The position numbers and the translations under genes are program-made. This document shows, piece by piece, positions 1-8,768 of a stretch of 64,000 nt of DNA. The notes under the pieces were generated by a model that was not told the DNA's origin, ran no database searches, and saw only the letters and a list, made by a program, of their open reading frames with translations. The stretch is from Deltaproteobacteria bacterium. Its GTDB lineage: Bacteria > Desulfobacterota > Binatia > UBA9968 > JAJDTQ01. Position 1 is the stretch's first letter. Every line of letters begins with the position of its first letter. The stretch lies in NCBI GenBank assembly GCA_028818775.1, contig JAPPNE010000052.1, forward strand, positions 66,697 through 130,696. Reading direction: 5' to 3'.

Positions 1-455
1 AGGACTTCGTGCTGGACCCCTACCATCTCGTGGAGGCCCGCGGCTTCGGCGCGGACGCCGTCCTCCTGATCGCCGCCATGCTCGACGACGGCGCCATGGA
101 ATCCCTGCACGCCGAAGCGCGTTCCCTGGGCCTGGACGTTCTCGTGGAGGTGCACTCGGAGCGGGAGCTGGATACGGCCCTGAGGATCGGCGCCTCCATC
201 ATCGGCATCAACAACCGCGACCTGCGCACCTTCGAGGTGGATCTCGCGGTCGCCGAATCGCTCCTGCCCCGGATACCGCCGGACGTGCTGGCGGTATGCG
301 AGAGCGGCATCAAGGATGCGGCCCACGTCGAGCGCATCGAGGCCGCCGGCGGCCGGGTGTTCCTCGTGGGCGAAACGCTGATGCGTGCTCCCGATCCGGG
401 AGTCAAGCTCGCGGAGCTTCTGGGAACGGCCGCCGCCGCCCATGGTCAAGGTTAA
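1..455 (+). CDS. trpC: Indole-3-glycerol phosphate synthase, C-terminal part (5' end lies outside the window)
   Basis: The frame is open from the window edge. The peptide ...LDPYHLVEARGFGADAVLLIAAML...IGINNRDLRTFEVD...VCESGI matches the TrpC TIM-barrel C-terminus. The stop at 453-455 overlaps the trpF start. Confidence 0.8.
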   Translation, partial: DFVLDPYHLVEARGFGADAVLLIAAMLDDGAMESLHAEARSLGLDVLVEVHSERELDTALRIGASIIGINNRDLRTFEVDLAVAESLLPRIPPDVLAVCESGIKDAAHVERIEAAGGRVFLVGETLMRAPDPGVKLAELLGTAAAAHGQG

Positions 456-1065
456 GATCTGCGGCGTCACCAGCGCCGAGGACGCGTTCAAGGCGGTGGA
501 GTACGGCGCCGATGCGTTGGGCTTCAACTTCTATCCGCCCAGTCCCCGCTACATCGAGCCGGAAGACGCCGCCGCGATCCTCCGGGATCTGCCCGCCGGG
601 ATCTGCACCGCCGGCCTGTTCGTCAACGAGTCGCGCCAACACGTGAAGGCCGTGCTCGGATCATGCCGGTCAGGAGGGGGCGCCGGCCTCACCGCCGTGC
701 AGTTCCACGGCGACGAGGCGCGCGACTACTGCGCCCGCTGGCCTCTCAAGGTGATCAAGGCGTTCCGCGTGCGCGACCCGGAGACCCTGGCACGGATCGG
801 CGAGTATCCGGCGGACTTCTACCTGCTCGACTCCTGGAGCGAGGGCTTCGGGGGCTCGGGCGCCGCGTTCACCTGGAGTTGGCTGACGGTTCCCCTGGCG
901 CGGCCGGTCATTCTCGCCGGAGGGCTCGGCGTTGACAACGTGAGCACGGCGGTGCGCGAGCTCAAACCTTTCGGCGTGGACGTGTGCACCGGAGTCGAAG
1001 CCGTTCCGGGCCGCAAGGACCACCCGCGCATGAAGGAGTTCATCGCGGCAGCCAAGGCGGGGTGA
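442..1065 (+). CDS. trpF: N-(5'-phosphoribosyl)anthranilate isomerase
   Basis: ATG at 442. MVKVKICGVTSAEDAFKAVEYGADALGFNFYPPSPRYI is the canonical TrpF N-terminus. It overlaps the trpC stop, which suggests coupling. Confidence 0.85.
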   Translation: MVKVKICGVTSAEDAFKAVEYGADALGFNFYPPSPRYIEPEDAAAILRDLPAGICTAGLFVNESRQHVKAVLGSCRSGGGAGLTAVQFHGDEARDYCARWPLKVIKAFRVRDPETLARIGEYPADFYLLDSWSEGFGGSGAAFTWSWLTVPLARPVILAGGLGVDNVSTAVRELKPFGVDVCTGVEAVPGRKDHPRMKEFIAAAKAG

Positions 1066-1072
1066 GCCCGTC

Positions 1073-2368
1073 GTGAACGCGTACCGGAAGAGTCTCGATC
1101 TCATTTACGGTCTCAGCGGCCGCGAGACCGGCCTGCGCTTCGACCTGCGGCTCGAACGCGTGTCCGCGGTCCTGGCGCTCTTCGAAAATCCCCAGCACCG
1201 CTTCCGCGTCTGTCACGTCGCCGGGACCAACGGCAAGGGCTCCACCGCGGCGATGATCCACGCCGTCCTGTCCGCCCAGGGACACCGCGTGGGCCTCTAC
1301 ACCTCGCCTCACCTGGAGTCGTTCACCGAAAGGATCCGTGTCGGCAAGCGGCCCATCACCCAGGCCGCGGTGGCCTCCCTGGTGCGGGAGGTCGCCGGCA
1401 GGACCCGGCAAGCCTCCATCGCGCTCACGTTCTTCGAGTTCGTCACGGTCATGGCTTTCCTGCACTTCGCGCGGCGGGCGGTGGACGCGGCGGTGGTGGA
1501 GGTGGGGCTGGGCGGCAGGCTGGACGCCACCAACGTCGTGCGGCCGAGCGTTTGCGTGGTGACCACGATCTCCCGCGACCACGAACACTTCCTCGGTACG
1601 CGCATCGGGGACATCGCGCGGGAGAAGGGCGGCATCATCAAGACCGGCGTGCCCGTGGTGCTCGGCGCCTTGCCGCCGGCCGCCAGACGCATGCTGCACC
1701 GCATCGCGCGCGAACGGGACGCGCCCGTGCGCGAGTGGGGCAAGGATTTCTCGGTCGTCCCGCGTCCACCGGACCGGTTCGACTATCACGGCCGGGAGTG
1801 GCGCCTGGAAGGTTTGCGTCCGGCCCTGCGCGGCGGGTATCAACGGCACAATGCCGGGGTCGCGCTGGCGGCGCTGGAAACCCTGAACGCGGTCCTGCCC
1901 GCGGACGCGAAGGCGGTCCGCACGGGCCTTGCGTCGGTGCGCTGGCCGGGGCGCTTCGAGTTTTTGCCGGGAAGACCCCCGGTGCTGCTGGACGGAGCCC
2001 ACAACCCGGCCGGGGTCGAGGCGCTGGTGAGCGAGGTCCGCGGTCTCCTCGGCAACGGCAAGGTGCGCCTCTTGTTCGCCAGCATGGGGGACAAGGGTTG
2101 GCCGTCCATGCTGGAGGCGCTCTGCACCGTGTCCCGGGAGGTGGTGTTGACCCGCAACCCGTCGCCGCGGGGAGCAGCGCCGGAAGCTCTCTCCGCGGCG
2201 GTGCCGCCGGGTGTGCCGGTCACGCTGGTGGAAGACCCCGCCGCGGCCATCTCCAGGCTGATGGCGGACCGGCGGTGCGACGATCCGATCCTCGTGGCCG
2301 GGTCGTTGTATCTCGTGGGCGCGGTGCGCGCGACGGCGCTCAAACTTCGGGGAGGCCCCGCGCGGTAG
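1073..2368 (+). CDS. folC: Bifunctional folylpolyglutamate synthase / dihydrofolate synthase
   Basis: GTG start. The P-loop HVAGTNGKGST and the Mur-ligase family pattern (VVEVGLGGRLDATN) are present. Length is 431 aa. Confidence 0.8.
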   Translation: MNAYRKSLDLIYGLSGRETGLRFDLRLERVSAVLALFENPQHRFRVCHVAGTNGKGSTAAMIHAVLSAQGHRVGLYTSPHLESFTERIRVGKRPITQAAVASLVREVAGRTRQASIALTFFEFVTVMAFLHFARRAVDAAVVEVGLGGRLDATNVVRPSVCVVTTISRDHEHFLGTRIGDIAREKGGIIKTGVPVVLGALPPAARRMLHRIARERDAPVREWGKDFSVVPRPPDRFDYHGREWRLEGLRPALRGGYQRHNAGVALAALETLNAVLPADAKAVRTGLASVRWPGRFEFLPGRPPVLLDGAHNPAGVEALVSEVRGLLGNGKVRLLFASMGDKGWPSMLEALCTVSREVVLTRNPSPRGAAPEALSAAVPPGVPVTLVEDPAAAISRLMADRRCDDPILVAGSLYLVGAVRATALKLRGGPAR

Positions 2369-2409
2369 CACGCCGGGCGTCTGCGCCGTAGAAGGTTGCA
2401 AGGCCTGTT

Positions 2410-4764
2410 GTGGGCGTCCTTCGACTTCGCTTCGCTACGCTCGGGACGAACGGTGTCAGGTTGACCATCCTGCCGATATCCTGCGCGTTCGTCCTGTGGT
2501 GCACCCTCCTCCCCGCCGCGCTCGCTCACGCCCAGTCCCCGGAAGCCGGAGAACGCATCGAGGTCTCGGCGGAAGAGTCCATCGAGGCGACCCGGGACAC
2601 GGTCCGTGCGCGCGGCAGCGTGGAGATCCGGCGGGGTGCGACGGTCTTCGGCGCCGACACGGTGGATCTCGACCATGCGCGGCGCACGCTGCGGGCGGAG
2701 GGATCGGTGCGCCTCGAGGATCCCCGTTACCGGATTCGGGCCGCCGAGCTGGAGATGAACCTCGACGACGAGACGGCCACGATACGCGACGCCGAGATGT
2801 TCATCGAGGAGGGGGGCATCCGTCTCGGCGGAAGCCGGGTAGAGAAATTCACGGGGCAGACCTACGAGATCCGCGACGGACGCTTCACCACGTGCCTGTG
2901 CGAGGAGGGCGCTTCGCCGTGGCGCATCGGCGCCGGCAGGTTCCGGTTGGAGGAGGGCGCGAAGGCGGTGGTGGATGAGGCCACCTTCTACGTCTACGAC
3001 GTCCCGGTACTGTACCTGCCCCATCTGTCGTTCCCCTATCTCACGGAGCGCACCACCGGGTTCCTGGTACCTTCCTTCGGCTGGTCCCGCCGCGACGGGT
3101 TCCTCTACCGGCAACCGTTCTTCTGGGCGCTGGACAAGAGCAACGACGCCACCTTCGACTTCGCCGTCGAGTCCAGGACGCGCATCGGCATGAGCGCGCA
3201 GTATCGCACCGTCCTGGATCGGAACACCGCCGGCCGGTTGGATCTCCTTTACTTCAGCGAGCGCATGCGCGGATCGACGCCCGCTCACGACACCGGTATC
3301 GCGGACCCGGCGATTCCTCCGGACCGCTGGAGCGCGCGCTGGACCCACCGTCATCGGCTTCCGGCCGGGTGGGCGACGTTCAGCGACATCGCCTTGTACA
3401 GCGACAGCGTCGCGCCGCGGGAGCTGGCGGAGTTCTTCGTCTCCGGCGCGGAAGAGGAAGATGTCCTGCGTTCGAGCCGGTACAGCGCGTCACGGCTCGG
3501 CTTTCGGTGGCACGGGACGGACATGGCGCTGACCGGGGGAGTGGACTACGTCCAGGACCTCGTCCAGCCGCGGGAGCACGCGCTGCACCGGGTCCCCCAC
3601 CTTTCCCTCACCGGCGGCCGCGGGCTCGGGTACGGTCTCGGCCTCGAGTGGGACGTGGGGTTGATCCACTACCTGCGCGAGCAGGGGTCGGACGGCTTGC
3701 GGGTGGACGTGCGGCCCGAGCTCACCTGGCGCGCGGCTCCGGTGCGCCACTTCCGCATGGACACCCGCGTGGCGTTGCGCGAGACCCTCTACCGGCTCGA
3801 TTCGATCGAACGCGGGTTCACCGCCGCGCGCCACGGCGACACCGGCCGCGTGGTCCGCAACGGTTCGCGCGAGCTGGTGGAATTCGGCTGGCGGCTGACC
3901 ACGGCGCTGAGCCGGACCTACGGCTGGAGTCTGGGTGGCTGGAACCGGGTCCGGCACGTGCTGGAGCCCGCGGTGGAGTACCTGTTCATTCCCGCCACCG
4001 ATCAGGACGAGCTGCCGATCTGGGATCCGGTGGACCGTATCCGGCGCCGCAACCTGCTGACGGTGGCATTGAACAACCGCTTCTGGGGCGCACTCGGGGG
4101 GAAGCGAGGGCCGGCTCCGGACGACGGCGGCTCCCGGGAACCCGACGGGGGCGCGTCCCCGCCGGCCGTCGCGCCCTTCGCTCGCGCCTCTGTCACGGCC
4201 AGTCTCGACATCGACAAGGCGCGCGCGGGTGAGGACGGTCTCGCGGACGTGGGCTTCGGCGTGCGACTGGATCCCGTCGAACGCCTGTACGCGTCCCTGG
4301 AAATGGGCATGGAACCCGGTCCGTGGAACCTCCGGCGGGCCGCCCTGGAGGTCTCGCTTTCCGACGTCGCGCCCGTGGAAACGAGTGTGCCCGACCGGGA
4401 TTTCCAGCGACCCAGCAGCGTGTCCTTGGGATACCGGTTCATTCGGGCGAATGTCCTGTCGCCCCTCGCGCGCCACGCCAATCTGGATCTTTTGGCGGAC
4501 TGCCCCTCGGACCCGCGATGCATGCCGCGGGATGCCTTGAACGGCTTCCACGCCGGCGCCGTACTGCGGGCGACGGACCGGGTGCTGCTGCTCTACGACG
4601 GCAACTACGACGGCGCCGCGGGCCGGTGGACGCAAAACGAGCTGGGGATCAAGTATCTCTCCGGGTGCCGGTGCTGGACCTTGACCCTGTCCTTGGAGCA
4701 ACGCAACAAACCGGACCGGACACGCGTCGGCTTCAAGTTCGCCTTTCTCGGCCTGGGAACCTGA
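2410..4764 (+). CDS. lptD: LPS-assembly protein LptD (OstA family outer-membrane beta-barrel)
   Basis: 784 aa with an N-terminal signal peptide (…LLPAALAHA|QSP). The OstA-like N-domain (RARGSVEIRRG…RAEGSVRLEDPRYRIRAAELEM) and a long C-terminal beta-barrel region with aromatic-rich strands are present. The exact start (GTG 2410 versus internal TTG) is uncertain. Confidence 0.75.
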   Translation: MGVLRLRFATLGTNGVRLTILPISCAFVLWCTLLPAALAHAQSPEAGERIEVSAEESIEATRDTVRARGSVEIRRGATVFGADTVDLDHARRTLRAEGSVRLEDPRYRIRAAELEMNLDDETATIRDAEMFIEEGGIRLGGSRVEKFTGQTYEIRDGRFTTCLCEEGASPWRIGAGRFRLEEGAKAVVDEATFYVYDVPVLYLPHLSFPYLTERTTGFLVPSFGWSRRDGFLYRQPFFWALDKSNDATFDFAVESRTRIGMSAQYRTVLDRNTAGRLDLLYFSERMRGSTPAHDTGIADPAIPPDRWSARWTHRHRLPAGWATFSDIALYSDSVAPRELAEFFVSGAEEEDVLRSSRYSASRLGFRWHGTDMALTGGVDYVQDLVQPREHALHRVPHLSLTGGRGLGYGLGLEWDVGLIHYLREQGSDGLRVDVRPELTWRAAPVRHFRMDTRVALRETLYRLDSIERGFTAARHGDTGRVVRNGSRELVEFGWRLTTALSRTYGWSLGGWNRVRHVLEPAVEYLFIPATDQDELPIWDPVDRIRRRNLLTVALNNRFWGALGGKRGPAPDDGGSREPDGGASPPAVAPFARASVTASLDIDKARAGEDGLADVGFGVRLDPVERLYASLEMGMEPGPWNLRRAALEVSLSDVAPVETSVPDRDFQRPSSVSLGYRFIRANVLSPLARHANLDLLADCPSDPRCMPRDALNGFHAGAVLRATDRVLLLYDGNYDGAAGRWTQNELGIKYLSGCRCWTLTLSLEQRNKPDRTRVGFKFAFLGLGT

Positions 4765-4776
4765 ACGGCCCGTATT

Positions 4777-6912
4777 TTGCGTCTCCAACGGGCCATGACC
4801 TTCAAGACACTGTGGATTGTCGCATGGCTCCTGACAGGGGTTTTTCTGCACGACCGGCCGGCGCGGAGCCAGCCGGCGGAGCCGGTGGCGGAAGCGTCCG
4901 GCGCGGTGGCGCGGGACGCCGGCGGCGAGCGCGCCGATGACGCCGGCACGGTGACCCTGAACTTCGACGGCGCCGATCTCGTCGAGGTCATTCACGTCTT
5001 CGCGCGCCACCTGCGCTTCAATTTCACCATCGACCCGGACGTTCGGGGCGCCGTCACCATCTTCAGCGGCCGGTCTGTTGCGCGTGCCGACCTGCTGCCG
5101 ATCTTCCACGAACTGCTGCGCATCCACGACGCCGTCGCCATCAAGCGCGGCGACCTTTACCGGATTACCACCGTAGCCAGGGGGCTCGGGGCCGCTTCAC
5201 CCGCCGGCGGCCGGGATGCGGGATTCGCCATGCGCATCGCGCCCGTCCGGTTCTTTGCGGCGGCGGCCATGAAGGGGCTTCTCGCGCCGTTCCTCGGCGA
5301 GGGCGGGACGATACTCGAGCACGCGCGCGGCAACTATCTGGTTATTGTCGACCTGCCGTCAAACATTCGCCGTTTGGTCGAGATCATGGAGTTGATCGAC
5401 GTCGAGGTGTTCGCGGGCACGCGCATGGACCTGTACGAGCCCAGGGCGGCCGCGGCACAGGATCTCGCGCGCGAGTTGTCCGCGGCCATGCGCCTTTTCG
5501 CCGCCGCCGAGATGCAGGGCGATGCGTTCGCCGCCCGGTTCCTGCCCTTGCCCAGGCTCAACCGGCTCCTGGTGGTCGCCTACAGCGAGGCGGCGTGGCG
5601 CTACGTTCGGCGCTGGCTCGAACGCCTCGACGTCGCGAGCCGGACCGCGGGGCGGAAGGTGTTCATCCGGCCCGTGGAGAACGGCGACGCGGTGGCGCTC
5701 GCACGCGTGCTCAACCGGTTGTACGGTGCCGGGAAGCGCTCCGCCGGGAAGACGAAGTTCCTGTCGGCGCGGCGCCGGCTCGACGACCTGCCTGGCTTGT
5801 CCGGCGGCGGGGAACCGGACGACGCCCCGGGAACCACGGGCTTCGAACGAGGCCCCGGCTCCGGGGAATCTCTTGTCCCGGAAGGCGCCTCACCCGCCGG
5901 CGGAGGCCCGGCCGGAGCGTTCCGCCTCCGGTCCGGTTCGGCAGGGGCGGGTACGGAGTCCTCAATGGGTACCCCTCCGGAGGCGGACGGAGACGTCGAC
6001 GGCGTGCGCGTGGTGGCGGAGCCCGCCACCAACTCGCTCGTGATCCTGGCCACGCGCCGGCAATATCTTCAACTTGCCGAGGTGCTGGCGGAGCTGGACG
6101 CCGTTCCCCGCCAAGTGCTCATGGAGGTGCTGGTGGCCGAGGTGACGCTCACCGACGAGTTCGCGCTGGGGGTGGAGCATGCCCTGTCGAAAGGGGGCTT
6201 TCCCCCGCCCTCCGAGGCGGAGGGGAATACCGCCGGCGCGCCCTCGGGCGCCGGTTTTCAGGCCCTCGAATCCGGGTTCACGTCCATTGTCGACGCGGGC
6301 CGCGAATTCCGGGTGTTCGTCAACGCGCTCATGCAGGACACGCGGGTGAAGGTGCTGTCGTCCCCGCATCTGCTGGCGCTGGACAACCGGCCGGCGCGGA
6401 TCCGCGTGGGCAGCGAGCAGCCCGTGGCCACCGGGACCGTGGTGTCGCAAGAGGCGCAGGCCGTCACCACCACCATCCAGTTCAGGAACGTCGGGCGGAT
6501 ACTGACCATCGTCCCGCGGGTCAGCGATGCCGGCATGGTGAACCTCCAGGTGCGGGTCGAAGTCAGCGACGTCGGCGAACGGGTCGCGGTAGGGAACCAG
6601 ACATTCAATGCCTTCAACATACGGGACGCGGAGACCACCGCCGTGCTTCAGGACGGACAGACCCTGGTCATCGGCGGCATCATCACCGACAACCGGCGCA
6701 AGACGCGGGTCGGCATTCCCCTGCTGATGGATGTCCCCGTGCTGGGGCAACTCTTCCGTACCGACCTGGAACGCTCGGACCGAACCGAGCTGGTCATCCT
6801 GATAACCCCCCGTGTCATTCGCAATCAGGAGGAAGGCGAGGCAGTGACGGAACGATTTCTGGACAAGGTGCGGGCCGTCCGCCGTGAACTGGAGAGCCGC
6901 CAAGCACCCTGA
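4777..6912 (+). CDS. GspD/PilQ-type secretin (N0-N1-N2-N3 domains plus C-terminal secretin domain) with a Gly/Pro/Ser-rich insertion
   Basis: The N0-like segment (VTLNFDGADLVEVIHVFARHLRFNFTIDPDVRGAVTIFSG) and repeated N-domains are recognisable. The secretin core (VKVLSSPHLLALDNRPARIRVGSEQP…TAVLQDGQTLVIGGIITD…IPLLMDVPVLGQLFR…ELVILITPRV) is present. A ~90-aa low-complexity insert sits at aa ~320-410. The alternative start ATG 4795 gives the signal-peptide-like MTFKTLWIVAWLLTGVFL. Confidence 0.75.
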   Translation: MRLQRAMTFKTLWIVAWLLTGVFLHDRPARSQPAEPVAEASGAVARDAGGERADDAGTVTLNFDGADLVEVIHVFARHLRFNFTIDPDVRGAVTIFSGRSVARADLLPIFHELLRIHDAVAIKRGDLYRITTVARGLGAASPAGGRDAGFAMRIAPVRFFAAAAMKGLLAPFLGEGGTILEHARGNYLVIVDLPSNIRRLVEIMELIDVEVFAGTRMDLYEPRAAAAQDLARELSAAMRLFAAAEMQGDAFAARFLPLPRLNRLLVVAYSEAAWRYVRRWLERLDVASRTAGRKVFIRPVENGDAVALARVLNRLYGAGKRSAGKTKFLSARRRLDDLPGLSGGGEPDDAPGTTGFERGPGSGESLVPEGASPAGGGPAGAFRLRSGSAGAGTESSMGTPPEADGDVDGVRVVAEPATNSLVILATRRQYLQLAEVLAELDAVPRQVLMEVLVAEVTLTDEFALGVEHALSKGGFPPPSEAEGNTAGAPSGAGFQALESGFTSIVDAGREFRVFVNALMQDTRVKVLSSPHLLALDNRPARIRVGSEQPVATGTVVSQEAQAVTTTIQFRNVGRILTIVPRVSDAGMVNLQVRVEVSDVGERVAVGNQTFNAFNIRDAETTAVLQDGQTLVIGGIITDNRRKTRVGIPLLMDVPVLGQLFRTDLERSDRTELVILITPRVIRNQEEGEAVTERFLDKVRAVRRELESRQAP

Positions 6913-6916
6913 AGCG

Positions 6917-6943
6917 TCGTTCCCGCTTTCGCGGGAATGACGA
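6917..6943. repeat. Palindromic REP/MITE-like unit (CGTCGTTCCCGCTTTCGCGGGAATGACG) in the convergent gap between the secretin and rarA
   Basis: It is a near-perfect 27-bp palindrome. The same unit recurs at 17817-17842, 17893-17918 and 30739-30764. Confidence 0.8.
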
Positions 6944-6951
6944 AGAAGGGC

Positions 6952-8292
6952 TTAGCCGCGGGTGGTGCTCCGTTTCCTCAATGCGGTCCAGGCTTCGAGG
7001 CGCTCCCGGATGACCCGTTCATACCCCTGGTCGCCGGGCTCGTAGTAGCGGCGGCCCTGGAGCTCGGACGGCAGGTGCTCCTGTTCCGTGACGTGGCCGG
7101 GTTCGTCGTGCGGATAACGGTAGTCCGCGCCGTAGCCCAGGGCCTTCATGAGCCCGGTGGGGGCGTTGCGCAGGTGGAGCGGGGTGGGCAGCGTGCCGTG
7201 CTCGCGCACGTCGCGGGTGGCCTCCAGCAGCGCGCGGTACGCGGCGTTGGACTTGGGCGCGGTGGCCAGGTAGGTGGCCGCCTGGCTCATGGGGATGCGC
7301 CCCTCCGGCAGGCCGACGAAGTGAACGGCGTCCTTGGCGGCCACGGCCACCTGGAGGGCGCGCGGATCGGCGTTGCCCACGTCCTCGGCGGCGAAGATGA
7401 CCATGCGCCGGCAAATGAAGAGCGGCTCCTCGCCGGCCTCGATCATGCGCACCATCCAGTAGACGGCGGCGTCCGGGTCGCTGCCCCGCAGGCTCTTGAT
7501 GAAGGCCGAGATCAGGTTGTAGTGTTCCTCGCCGGCCTTGTCGTACTGGAGCGGCGAGACCTGCAGGGCCTGCTCCGCGTGGCTCAACTCGATACGCTTC
7601 GCGTCGCCGCCGGCTCGGGCCAGCGTGACCGCCCCCTCCAACCCGTTGAGGGCCACCCGTGCGTCACCCTGCGCCCGCTGCACCAGCAAGGCGCGCGCCG
7701 CGGGATCCATCTCCATGTCTCCGTCCCATAGCCCGCGGCCGCGCTCGGCCAGGGCGCGGGTGATGATCTGGTCGAGGGTGTCCTCGGTCAGGGGATGGAG
7801 CACGCATACGCGGCAACGGGACAGCAGCGGCGAGATGAGCTCGAAGGACGGGTTCTCGGTGGTGGCGCCGATGAGGGTCAGGAGCCCCGCCTCGACGTGC
7901 GGCAGAAAGGTGTCCTGCTGCGACTTGTTGAAGTGGTGGATCTCGTCCACCAGGAGCACCACCGGAACGGCGCCGCGCTGCAGGCGCCGGGCGTCGGGGA
8001 GGATCTTCTTGAGGTCGCGGGTGCCGGAGCTGACGGCGGAGAAATGGATGCAGTGCGCCCCGCAGGCATCCGCCAGGAGGCGGGCCAGGGTGGTCTTGCC
8101 GCAGCCCGGCGGCCCCCACAGGATAATGGACTGGAGGCGGCCGCTGTCCGCCATGCCGCGCAGCAGCTTGCCGGGGCCCAACAGGTGTTCCTGCCCCAGC
8201 ACCTCGTCCAGCCGGGCCGGACGCATGCGCTCGGCCAGCGGCGTGTTGCCGTCACCGGCTGAGCGGGGACTCACGGTGTCGAAAAGATCCAC
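6952..8292 (-). CDS. rarA: Replication-associated recombination protein A (AAA+ ATPase)
   Basis: Walker A ILWGPPGCGKTTLARLLA, Walker B VVLLVDEIHHFNKSQQD and the MgsA C-terminal domain are present. Length is 446 aa. Confidence 0.85.
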   Translation of the reverse strand: MDLFDTVSPRSAGDGNTPLAERMRPARLDEVLGQEHLLGPGKLLRGMADSGRLQSIILWGPPGCGKTTLARLLADACGAHCIHFSAVSSGTRDLKKILPDARRLQRGAVPVVLLVDEIHHFNKSQQDTFLPHVEAGLLTLIGATTENPSFELISPLLSRCRVCVLHPLTEDTLDQIITRALAERGRGLWDGDMEMDPAARALLVQRAQGDARVALNGLEGAVTLARAGGDAKRIELSHAEQALQVSPLQYDKAGEEHYNLISAFIKSLRGSDPDAAVYWMVRMIEAGEEPLFICRRMVIFAAEDVGNADPRALQVAVAAKDAVHFVGLPEGRIPMSQAATYLATAPKSNAAYRALLEATRDVREHGTLPTPLHLRNAPTGLMKALGYGADYRYPHDEPGHVTEQEHLPSELQGRRYYEPGDQGYERVIRERLEAWTALRKRSTTRG

Positions 8293-8411
8293 TCTTACGG
8301 TCCGTGCCGCGCGGGCGGCGGGAGGGGTGCGTTGGTGGAAGCGGGCGCGAAGTCGGCGGCCTGATCCCGGCGGCGAGTTCGTACGTCAACGGGCGGTGTG
8401 CCCGTGGACGG

Positions 8412-8768
8412 TCAGCGCGACGCCCGCGGGCGGCGGTCTTCCTCCAGGCGGGCTCGTTTGCCCGAGAGGTTCCTCAGGTAGTACAGCTTGGCGCGGCGCA
8501 CCCGGCCCTGGGTGACCACCTCGACCTTCTCGATGCGCGGCGAGTGGAGCGGGAAGATGCGTTCGACGCCGACCCCGTAGGAGGTCTTGCGCACGACAAA
8601 GGTTTCGCGGTTGCCGCTCCCGGAGATGGCGATGACGACGCCCTCGAAGACCTGGATGCGCTCTTTTTCGCCCTCGATGATGCGCACGTGCACGCGCACG
8701 CGTTGCCCGGGCTTGAGCGCCGGCATCTCCCGCGTGTGCTCCTGTTCGATCTGGTCAATGACGTTCAT
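8412..8768 (-). CDS. rplS: 50S ribosomal protein L19
   Basis: [11 protein letters not shown]…[30 protein letters not shown]…RRAKLYYLR is canonical L19. Confidence 0.9.
   Translation of the reverse strand: MNVIDQIEQEHTREMPALKPGQRVRVHVRIIEGEKERIQVFEGVVIAISGSGNRETFVVRKTSYGVGVERIFPLHSPRIEKVEVVTQGRVRRAKLYYLRNLSGKRARLEEDRRPRASR

Noticed and set aside
3490-5127. A 545-aa minus ORF overlapping lptD and the secretin gene, plus the ORFs 1040-2401(-), 1840-3354(-), 18397-19905(-), 42414-44489(-), 55958-57430(-), 41163-42509(+), 14644-15849(+) and 25926-26870(-)
   Set aside because: All are antisense or alternative-frame shadows of strongly supported genes (folC, lptD, mpl, tldD/pmbA, res, the GAPDH-like gene, groEL, the ABC ATPase). 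They have Arg/Pro/Gly-heavy composition and no motifs.
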